Source: Enterobacter sp. SA187 | Lineage (GTDB): Bacteria > Pseudomonadota > Gammaproteobacteria > Enterobacterales > Enterobacteriaceae | Direction of reading: 5' to 3' | Assembly: GCF_001888805.2 (NCBI RefSeq) | Contig: NZ_CP019113.1 | Span: 1,381,972 to 1,405,971, forward strand | Length of the DNA: 24,000 nt | Shown: positions 8,017-17,438 of the stretch, piece after piece | How positions within the stretch are numbered: position 1 is the stretch's first letter | How the letters are laid out: each line of letters begins with the position of its first letter | Translations under genes and position numbers: made by a program | The notes under the pieces: generated by a model | What the model saw: the letters and a program-made list of their open reading frames with translations, nothing else | Database searches by the model: none | What the model was told of the DNA's origin: nothing

Positions 8017-9032
8017 AACTGGAGGGGCTTGGCAAAACCTTCGGCGAACAGACCGTGGTTCGCGATCTGCACCTCACCATTCCGCAGGGGGCGTTTACGG
8101 CGTTGCTCGGGCCGAGCGGCTGCGGCAAAACCACGACGCTGCGTATTCTGGCCGGGCTTGAGCATCTGAGCCACGGGCGGTTATGGCTCGGCGATCGCCT
8201 GCTGGCGGATGAAAAAATCCATCTGCCGCCGGAGGTGCGCAACATGGGGATGGTGTTTCAGTCCTATGCCCTGTGGCCGCACATGACGGTGGCGGAAAAC
8301 GTGGGCTATCCGTTAAAGCTGAAAAAAGTGCAGGGCGCGGCGCGACAGAAACAGGTGATGGCGGCGCTGGAGGTGGTGGAGCTGGGCGCGTACGCCGACC
8401 GTTCCCCGCAGGCGTTAAGCGGCGGGCAGCGGCAACGGGTGGCGCTGGCGCGCTGTCTGGTGTCGGAGCCGCAGGTGGTGCTGCTTGATGAGCCGCTGGC
8501 TAACCTCGACCGGCATCTGCGCGCCACCATGGAGCAGACGTTCCGTGAATTTCATCGCCGTACCGGCGCGACCTTTGTCTATGTGACGCACGATCAGGCC
8601 GAAGCGATGGCGCTGGCAAGCCATATCGCGGTGATGCATAAAGGGGAGCTGATGCAGTGGGGCACGCCGCAGGGGCTGTATCAGCATCCGCACAGCGCCT
8701 GGGTGGCGCGTTTTATCGGCAAAGGCAGCGTGCTGGACGTCAGGGCGCAGGCTGATGACCGCCAGCTTAACGGCGGCGAATTGCACCGGGCATTAAGCGC
8801 CGGGGCCGCGGGGCTGTGTCAGCAGGTGCTGGTGCGCCCCGAGCATGTCGAAGTGGCGCAGGACGGCCTGCATGCTGAAGTGGAGAGCTGCATTTATCAG
8901 GGCGAGCGTTATCTGCTGGCGCTGCGTCTGGCGGACGGTCAGCAGCTGAGCGCGTTTCACCATTCGCCGCTGGATGTACAGCAGGCGGTGGCGGTGCGGC
9001 TGCATCAGGGCTGGCGTCTGGAGGCCGCGTGA
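8004..9032 (+). CDS. ABC transporter ATP-binding protein with C-terminal TOBE-like regulatory domain, 342 aa
   Basis: Walker A GPSGCGKTT, signature LSGGQRQR, Walker B VVLLDEP and H-loop YVTHD are all present. The GTG start at 8004 is preceded by AAGGAG (7991-7996). It overlaps the permease by 13 nt. Confidence 0.9.
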   Translation: MAELKLEGLGKTFGEQTVVRDLHLTIPQGAFTALLGPSGCGKTTTLRILAGLEHLSHGRLWLGDRLLADEKIHLPPEVRNMGMVFQSYALWPHMTVAENVGYPLKLKKVQGAARQKQVMAALEVVELGAYADRSPQALSGGQRQRVALARCLVSEPQVVLLDEPLANLDRHLRATMEQTFREFHRRTGATFVYVTHDQAEAMALASHIAVMHKGELMQWGTPQGLYQHPHSAWVARFIGKGSVLDVRAQADDRQLNGGELHRALSAGAAGLCQQVLVRPEHVEVAQDGLHAEVESCIYQGERYLLALRLADGQQLSAFHHSPLDVQQAVAVRLHQGWRLEAA

Positions 9033-10093
9033 ACTTTCGCATCGAGATCATCAGCGGACTTAACCAGAAAGCGCCCGCCGCCATTTTACTCAGCACGCCG
9101 TCGCAGCGCATTTTGCTGGATGCGGGCGGGGCGCTTGATACAGAGAGCGACGACTGGGCGGTGCCGGATAATCTGGATGCGGTATTGCTGAGTCACGATC
9201 ACATTGATCATATCGCCGGGCTGTGCCATCTGCCGCCGCACGTTCCGGTTTACTGTAGCGCGGTGACGGCCCGATCGCTGCCCGCGCACCGCTCTGTTCA
9301 GGTGATTGCGGTACGTGGTCAGTTCCGGCTTGGCGATCTTACCGTGACTACCGGCAGTTGCGGCCATGCCTATGGCGGCGTCTGGTTTCATTTCGATGTA
9401 CCGGGCGGTCTGTTTTACAGCGGCGATATCAGTATGGAGTCGGCGCTGTTTCGCTTCGATCCCCCGCCGCGCGCAGAGATTGCGCTGGTGGATGCCTCTT
9501 ACGGATTGTATGACACCCCGCAATCGCAGCAGCGCGCGCACGTTGCCGCGTATCTGCGTCAGCCGACTTTATGCCCGGTGCCGCCGTCAGGTCGCGCAGT
9601 GGAAATCGCGCTGCTTGAAGCGCAGGCTGGACGGCTGGCGATGACGCTGGACGACGACTGCCGGGCGATGCTGACGGCGATGGCAGAGTACGATGACGGC
9701 AGTTTACAGACCGGCGTGCAGGCAGGCTTACGCGCGCTGCGCCAGCAACTGCCGCCGTTTTCCGTGACCGCGCCGCTGATCCTCGCCGCCGATCCTGACG
9801 GACAAACCGGCATGGCCGGGGCATTACGCGCGCAGCCGGATTTTTATCATCGCACCCTTTTTACCGGCCACATGAACCCGCGCGCCCGCCAGCAGTGGCA
9901 GAGCGGCGAGGTGGACTTTTGCCGCTGGAACGTCCACCCGACGCGGCGCTGTCTGCAACGTCTGGTGATGATGCTCGGCTGTCATGCGCTGGCTCCGCTG
10001 TTTACGCCTCTGGACGATGTGTCGCGCTGGCAGCAGGCGCTGGGCTGCACCATCATCACCGACAGCACCATTGAGAGGGAAGTATGTCATTAA
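9029..10093 (+). CDS. Metallo-beta-lactamase-fold hydrolase with beta-CASP-like motif order, compact (354 aa)
   Basis: MBL motifs: LLDAG (motif 1), SHDHIDH (HxHxDH), GHAYGG (motif 3), YSGD (motif 4). Next come VDASYG (like beta-CASP motif A, ESTYG), CPVPPSGRAVEIALL (like LIPVFALGRAQELLL) and WNVHPTRRCLQRLV (like SAHADxxEL, motif B). The GTG start overlaps the ATPase stop (GTGA) and GGAGG lies 4 nt upstream. Confidence 0.75.
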   Translation: MNFRIEIISGLNQKAPAAILLSTPSQRILLDAGGALDTESDDWAVPDNLDAVLLSHDHIDHIAGLCHLPPHVPVYCSAVTARSLPAHRSVQVIAVRGQFRLGDLTVTTGSCGHAYGGVWFHFDVPGGLFYSGDISMESALFRFDPPPRAEIALVDASYGLYDTPQSQQRAHVAAYLRQPTLCPVPPSGRAVEIALLEAQAGRLAMTLDDDCRAMLTAMAEYDDGSLQTGVQAGLRALRQQLPPFSVTAPLILAADPDGQTGMAGALRAQPDFYHRTLFTGHMNPRARQQWQSGEVDFCRWNVHPTRRCLQRLVMMLGCHALAPLFTPLDDVSRWQQALGCTIITDSTIEREVCH

Positions 10094-10641
10094 TCTGTAA
10101 GCCGTTTGTGCTGGTGCGCCACGGCGAGACACCGCTTAATCTTGCACAGCGGATCGGGGGGCGCAGCGATGTGCCGCTGACCGCGCGCGGCGAAGAACAG
10201 GCGCGTGCCGCCTCGGCGCTGCTGATGCGCCAGCGCTGGAGTTGCATTGCCGTCAGCCCGTTGCTGCGCGCTCGTCGTACCGCTGAACTGGCGCTGCCGG
10301 GCCAGCCCCTGACCCTGGTCGACGATCTGCGGGAGCGGGACTGGGGTGACCTGGAAGGGATGCCCATTGCCTCGCAACCGCCCTATGAACAGACGCCGCC
10401 GCACGGCGAATCATGGCAGGCATTTTGCGATCGCGTCACCAGCGCGCTGAACCTTCTGCTTACCGCCCACGAGACGCCGCTGCTGGTGGCGCATTCCGGG
10501 ATCTTCCGGGTCATTAATCTGTATGCCACCGGCACGCCATACGGCGAACGTATGGGGAATGTTGTACCGATGTGGATCATGCCAGGCCTGCGGGCTGGCG
10601 AATGGGAAATTGTCCCGCTGGAGGAACGTTATGTCGTATGA
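10084..10641 (+). CDS. Histidine phosphatase superfamily branch 1 (phosphoglycerate-mutase-like / CobC-like), 185 aa
   Basis: Catalytic RHGE (VLVRHGETPLN), SPLLRARRTAE, an acidic residue in RERDWGDLEG, and a second His in VAHSG are present. It overlaps the MBL gene by 10 nt. GAGGGA SD is present. Confidence 0.85.
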   Translation: MSLICKPFVLVRHGETPLNLAQRIGGRSDVPLTARGEEQARAASALLMRQRWSCIAVSPLLRARRTAELALPGQPLTLVDDLRERDWGDLEGMPIASQPPYEQTPPHGESWQAFCDRVTSALNLLLTAHETPLLVAHSGIFRVINLYATGTPYGERMGNVVPMWIMPGLRAGEWEIVPLEERYVV

Positions 10642-11086
10642 AGAGTGCGTGATTGTCGATATTGACGGCACACTCGCCGAATTTGATGCAGAAGCTGTGC
10701 GTCAGTGGGTACTGGGCGAAGAGAAGCAGTGGCTGCCGTTTTTTGAACATATGGCCCAGGCGCTGCCAGGGGTGGCGGTAGCCCGTCTTGTTGGCATCCT
10801 CAGCGCTCAGCAGCAAAAAATCGTTATTTGCAGCGGACGCCCGGCCAGTTATCAGCACTACACGCAGACATGGCTGGAGCAGCACAGTATCCCGTTTGAT
10901 GCGCTCTATCTGCGGCCGGACGATGAAGATCATCTTGCTGATGAAGTGGTAAAAAAGCGCCTGTTGCAGCGCATTCGCGAGGATGGTTATCAGCCCTGGC
11001 TGGTGATCGATGACCGCCAGGCGGTGGTGGATTTCTGGCGGGCCGAAGGGCTGACCTGCCTGCAATGCGCGCCGGGGGATTTCTAG
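10631..11086 (+). CDS. Stand-alone HAD-superfamily phosphatase resembling the C-terminal 3'-phosphatase domain of phage T4 polynucleotide kinase/phosphatase, 151 aa
   Basis: HAD motif I is DIDGTLA, motif II ICSGR, motif IV VIDDR. The C-terminal IDDRQAVVDFWRAEGLTCLQCAPGDF closely parallels my recollection of the T4 Pnkp C-terminus ([26 protein letters not shown]). ATG 10631 has GGAGG 6 nt upstream and overlaps the preceding gene by 11 nt. I trimmed 36 codons from the track ORF. Confidence 0.75.
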   Translation: MSYEECVIVDIDGTLAEFDAEAVRQWVLGEEKQWLPFFEHMAQALPGVAVARLVGILSAQQQKIVICSGRPASYQHYTQTWLEQHSIPFDALYLRPDDEDHLADEVVKKRLLQRIREDGYQPWLVIDDRQAVVDFWRAEGLTCLQCAPGDF

Positions 11087-11089
11087 CTG

Positions 11090-11923
11090 TCAGGGGGCTT
11101 CCATTAACCGGCTGATGTGAATACTCAGCCAGGTCAGCTCATCCTTTGGCAGTGTGAGCTGATATTTTTCCTGCACATAGTCGCGGATCGCCCAGGCGAC
11201 GTTCATGGCGTCCGGGCGATGGCGCAGCAGTTCCTGATAGAAATCGTCGGTGTCACTGGCAGTGACGTTGCCGGCAATCAGCCGCTCGGCAAAGTAGCGC
11301 AGGTGGGTAATAAAACGGTTGTAGTTTACCGAGTTGATGTCGAGATTTTTATTGAGCTTATAGCGCACGATCTCCGCGATGCGGTTGACCAGTTCCACCT
11401 GCTGGTGGGCGCTGGCCTGATCGCTACTGCCCGTCGCGTTGATAATATGAAAAGCGATATTCACCGCCTCATCATCCGGCAGCGTGACGGCAAAGCGGGC
11501 GTTCACCTGCTGCATCGCCTGCTGGCCTAACAGATACTCTTTCTGATAATACCGCTTCACTTCCCAGCTGAGCTTGTTAAAAAACGGCTGATCTTTACGG
11601 CAGCGTTCTACGGCAAACCACAGGTGCTCGGCGAGGGTAAAGAACAGCACGGCGTTGAGCTTTTCCACATACGCCTGCTGGATCTGCGTGATGATGTCGT
11701 GGGTAAGCTCAAAAAAAGCCGCAGGAATGGTGTCCGTCAGCGATAAAAAGTGCCGGGATTTCAGATCCGCCAGCGGCAGGAAGATCTTTTCCACCTGCGC
11801 AATGTCGATAAGCTCGCCGGGTTTGCTGCCAAACCCGATGCCCTTACCGAACAGGATCATCTCCTGCTGGTCATAGTCGACCAGCAGCATACTGTTATTC
11901 AGCGACTTTTTTACTGTTATCAC
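11090..11923 (-). CDS. BglG/LicT-family transcriptional antiterminator (CAT RNA-binding domain plus two PRDs), ~277 aa
   Basis: The N-terminus (M)ITVKKSLNNSMLLVDYDQQEMILFGKGIGFG is a typical CAT domain. The remainder has PRD-like helical repeats with conserved His (FHIINA, ITHLRYF). GTG 11923 is preferred over the track TTG 11929 because AGGA lies 7 nt upstream of the GTG but only 1 nt from the TTG. Confidence 0.85.
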   Translation of the reverse strand: MITVKKSLNNSMLLVDYDQQEMILFGKGIGFGSKPGELIDIAQVEKIFLPLADLKSRHFLSLTDTIPAAFFELTHDIITQIQQAYVEKLNAVLFFTLAEHLWFAVERCRKDQPFFNKLSWEVKRYYQKEYLLGQQAMQQVNARFAVTLPDDEAVNIAFHIINATGSSDQASAHQQVELVNRIAEIVRYKLNKNLDINSVNYNRFITHLRYFAERLIAGNVTASDTDDFYQELLRHRPDAMNVAWAIRDYVQEKYQLTLPKDELTWLSIHISRLMEAP

Positions 11924-11949
11924 GGTCAATTCCTGCGGCTTTACAGCCG

Positions 11950-15227
<3,278 letters not shown>

Positions 15228-15249
15228 ATCAGGCCTCATTTATTTGGCG

Positions 15250-15302
15250 CAAAAAAAAACCTGAAGCCTTCCCCCACTGTGCAGAGAGGGAAGGCTTCAG
15301 GT
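15250..15302 (-). terminator. Leader (attenuator) terminator upstream of the PTS gene, target of the BglG-type antiterminator
   Basis: On the minus strand, ACCTGAAGCCTTCCC and GGGAAGGCTTCAGGT form a perfect 15 bp stem (15288-15302 / 15259-15273) with a 14 nt loop, followed by a run of nine U. It lies between the putative promoter and the PTS start codon. Confidence 0.85.
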
Positions 15303-15329
15303 CTTGCCTACGTAACGTAGTAACACGCC
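15299..15329 (-). promoter_or_regulatory. RAT (ribonucleic antiterminator) element
   Basis: The minus strand reads GGCGTGTTACTACGTTACGTAGGCAAGACCT. The remembered sacB/bgl RAT consensus is GGnTTGTTACTG...AGCAGGCAAGACCT. The conserved TGTTACT and AGGCAAGACCT blocks are both present, and its 3' end overlaps the 5' arm of the terminator by 4 nt, as in known systems. Confidence 0.8.
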
Positions 15330-15336
15330 TTAGCCT

Positions 15337-15368
15337 TTTATATCGTCGCAGAACGTACTGAAAGTCAA
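15337..15368 (-). promoter_or_regulatory. Putative sigma70 promoter of the bgl-like operon
   Basis: On the minus strand, -35 is TTGACT (15363-15368). The -10 is either GATATA (18 nt spacer) or TATAAA (20 nt spacer), just upstream of the RAT. The -10 and spacing are imperfect. Confidence 0.35.
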
Positions 15369-15395
15369 ACATCCACCGCGCGAACGATGCATAAC

Positions 15396-15411
15396 TGTGA
15401 GCTGATTAACA
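15396..15411. promoter_or_regulatory. Candidate CRP site upstream of the bgl-like promoter
   Basis: TGTGA-GCTGAT-TAACA matches TGTGA-N6-TCACA at 9 of 10 positions. Its centre is ~35 nt upstream of the -35 hexamer, about -71.5 relative to a predicted TSS. Confidence 0.4.
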
Positions 15412-15412
15412 A

Positions 15413-15442
15413 CTCGCCGCCCTTTTGTGAACGGGCGACGAG
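15413..15442 (-). terminator. Probable intrinsic terminator of ysgA
   Basis: The minus-strand hairpin CUCGUCGCCC-(10 nt loop)-GGGCGGCGAG forms 10 bp including one G-U pair. It starts 8 nt after the ysgA stop and is followed by UUGUUAAUC. Confidence 0.5.
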
Positions 15443-15450
15443 GTGCAGTT

Positions 15451-16263
15451 TCAGCTTTTTTTCGCGCCGTAGCGTGCAAACCAGGTCAGCATGCGCTGCC
15501 AGCCATCCTGCGCGGATTCGGCGTGGTAGCTCGGGCGATAATCGGCGTTAAAGGCATGCCCGGCATCGGGATAAACCACGATTTCCGCCGTGGCGTTAGC
15601 CGCCCGCAGCGCCTGGCGCATGGTATCGACAGTGTCCTGCGGAATACTGGAGTCCTGCGCGCCGTAAAGACCAAGCACCGGGGCGGTGAGTTCGGTGGCA
15701 ATATCCACCGGATGCGACGGCGAGTTCATGGTTTTATCCCCCACCAGTTTGCCGTACCACGCCACCGCCGCTTTCAGCTGCGGATTGTGCGCGGCATACA
15801 GCCAGGCGATGCGGCCGCCCCAGCAAAAACCGGTCGCCAGCAGGCGGTGCGGATCGCCGCCGTTGCGCGCAGCCCAGTTGGCGACGTGATCCAGATCCGC
15901 CAGCACCTGCGCGTCCGGCACCTTTGAAACCAGTTCGCTGAACAGGGTCGGAATATCGTCATACGCATTCGGATCCCCCTGACGGAAATAGAGCTCCGGC
16001 GCCACGGCAAGATAGCCTTCCTTCGCCAGGCGACGGCAGAGATCGCGGATGTGCTCATGCACGCCAAAAATTTCCTGGATGACAATCACCACCGGCAGCG
16101 CGCCGGCAGCCTCTGCCGGACGGGCGTGGTAGGCAGGCATATTGTCTCCCCGCGAGGGGATGGACGTCAGACCCGCTACAATACCGTCGTCAGCAGTCGT
16201 GATGGCGGTGGAGGCATGGGGCGAAGCAGCAGGGGCAAAGCCGGGTTGTTTGTCAGTGGTCAT
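15451..16263 (-). CDS. ysgA: Dienelactone hydrolase family protein (carboxymethylenebutenolidase-like), 270 aa
   Basis: From MTTDKQPGFAPAASPHAST... it is collinear with the remembered E. coli YsgA (271 aa), including GDNMPAYHARP, VIVIQEIFGVHEHIRD, the nucleophile-elbow region TGFCWGG and DAGHAF. GGAG SD precedes ATG 16263. I trimmed 10 codons from the track ORF. Confidence 0.9.
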   Translation of the reverse strand: MTTDKQPGFAPAASPHASTAITTADDGIVAGLTSIPSRGDNMPAYHARPAEAAGALPVVIVIQEIFGVHEHIRDLCRRLAKEGYLAVAPELYFRQGDPNAYDDIPTLFSELVSKVPDAQVLADLDHVANWAARNGGDPHRLLATGFCWGGRIAWLYAAHNPQLKAAVAWYGKLVGDKTMNSPSHPVDIATELTAPVLGLYGAQDSSIPQDTVDTMRQALRAANATAEIVVYPDAGHAFNADYRPSYHAESAQDGWQRMLTWFARYGAKKS

Positions 16264-16391
16264 GGCGATCTCCGTACCCTTGTAGTGGTGCAAAAAAGTA
16301 GCGCAATAAATAACTATAGTCAGCCGTCTAAAATACAGCGCTCATGAAAGCGGCTATCTTTTGAGGAGTGCCCGGCTGACGAACATGTTAA

Positions 16392-16407
16392 TGTGATGTA
16401 TATCACT
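16392..16407. promoter_or_regulatory. Distal CRP site of the udp promoter
   Basis: TGTGA-TGTATA-TCACT matches consensus at 9 of 10 positions. It corresponds to the distal CRP site in my recollection of the E. coli udp regulatory region. Confidence 0.7.
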
Positions 16408-16443
16408 ATTTTATGGAAAACCACTGCAAACAATTTTATTGGC

Positions 16444-16459
16444 GGTGATGGTTGTCACG
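16444..16459. promoter_or_regulatory. Proximal (class II-type) CRP site of the udp promoter
   Basis: GGTGA-TGGTTG-TCACG matches at 8 of 10 positions. Its centre is 52 bp from the distal site, and 41.5 bp upstream of the TSS predicted from the -10 at 16481-16486. Confidence 0.65.
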
Positions 16460-16480
16460 AAATTTAACGTGCAGCTTCTG

Positions 16481-16486
16481 TAAAGT
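16481..16486 (+). promoter_or_regulatory. udp promoter -10 hexamer TAAAGT
   Basis: TAAAGT matches TATAAT at 4 of 6 positions. There is no good -35, as expected for a CRP-dependent class II promoter. GGTAAAGT occurs at the equivalent place in the remembered E. coli sequence. Confidence 0.55.
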
Positions 16487-16531
16487 ACCTTTTTGCTACT
16501 TCTGACAAACCGATCTACAGAGGAGTCACCT

Positions 16532-17293
16532 ATGTCACAGTCTGATGTTTTTCACCTCGGCCTCACTAAAAACGATTTACAAGGGGCTACGCTTGCCATC
16601 GTCCCTGGCGACCCGGAGCGAGTGGAAAAGATCGCCGCGCTGATGGATAAGCCGGTTAAGCTGGCATCGCACCGCGAATTCACCTCCTGGCGCGCTGAAC
16701 TGGACGGCAAGCCGGTGATCGTGTGCTCCACCGGTATCGGCGGCCCGTCCACCTCTATCGCCGTGGAAGAGCTGGCGCAGCTGGGCATTCGTACTTTCCT
16801 GCGCGTCGGCACCACCGGGGCGATCCAGCCGCACATTAACGTCGGCGACGTGCTGGTGACCACCGCCTCTGTACGCCTTGACGGCGCCAGCCTGCACTTT
16901 GCGCCGATGGAATACCCGGCCGTCGCTGATTTTGCCTGCACCACGGCGCTGGTCGAGGCGGCGAAGTCCGTCGGCGCCACCACGCACATCGGCGTGACCG
17001 CCTCTTCTGACACCTTCTATCCGGGTCAGGAACGTTATGACACCTTCTCTGGCCGCGTGGTAAAACGCTACAAAGGTTCCATGGAAGAGTGGCAGTCCAT
17101 GGGCGTAATGAACTACGAAATGGAATCCGCCACGCTGCTGACCATGTGTTCAAGCCAGGGCCTGCGCGCCGGTATGGTGGCGGGCGTGATCGTTAACCGC
17201 ACCCAGCAGGAGATCCCGAACGCGGAAACCATGAAGCAGACCGAAAGTCACGCGGTGAAAATCGTTGTGGAAGCGGCGCGTCGCCTGCTGTAG
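16532..17293 (+). CDS. udp: Uridine phosphorylase, 253 aa
   Basis: [50 protein letters not shown]... is near-identical to the remembered E. coli Udp (253 aa). GAGGAG SD precedes ATG 16532. The TTG extension in the track is rejected. Confidence 0.95.
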   Translation: MSQSDVFHLGLTKNDLQGATLAIVPGDPERVEKIAALMDKPVKLASHREFTSWRAELDGKPVIVCSTGIGGPSTSIAVEELAQLGIRTFLRVGTTGAIQPHINVGDVLVTTASVRLDGASLHFAPMEYPAVADFACTTALVEAAKSVGATTHIGVTASSDTFYPGQERYDTFSGRVVKRYKGSMEEWQSMGVMNYEMESATLLTMCSSQGLRAGMVAGVIVNRTQQEIPNAETMKQTESHAVKIVVEAARRLL

Positions 17294-17317
17294 TTCGCGT
17301 TTTTTACCTCCATTTCC

Positions 17318-17346
17318 AGGGCCGATCCATTCGGCCCTTTCTTTTT
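17318..17346 (+). terminator. Rho-independent terminator of udp
   Basis: AGGGCCGA (17318-17325) and TCGGCCCT (17331-17338) form the stem with loop TCCAT, followed by TTCTTTTT. Confidence 0.85.
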
Positions 17347-17438
17347 GCGTAGCGCCTCGCAGGAAATCCCTTCCCAGGTGGACATCTGTACAGCACAATC
17401 TTACTTTGCACCGGACAGTGATTTTTGCAGGGGAAGAT

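Noticed and set aside
17265-17438. 5' extensions offered by the ORF track: rmuC from 17265, kdgK to 1292, pdeH from 1381, SBP from 5278, HAD from 10523, udp from 16493, ysgA to 16293, DeoR to 5218 and PTS to 15239.
   Set aside because: The extensions run through terminators, promoters or neighbouring genes, lack SDs, and are absent from the remembered orthologue N-termini. The internal starts have proper SD spacing.
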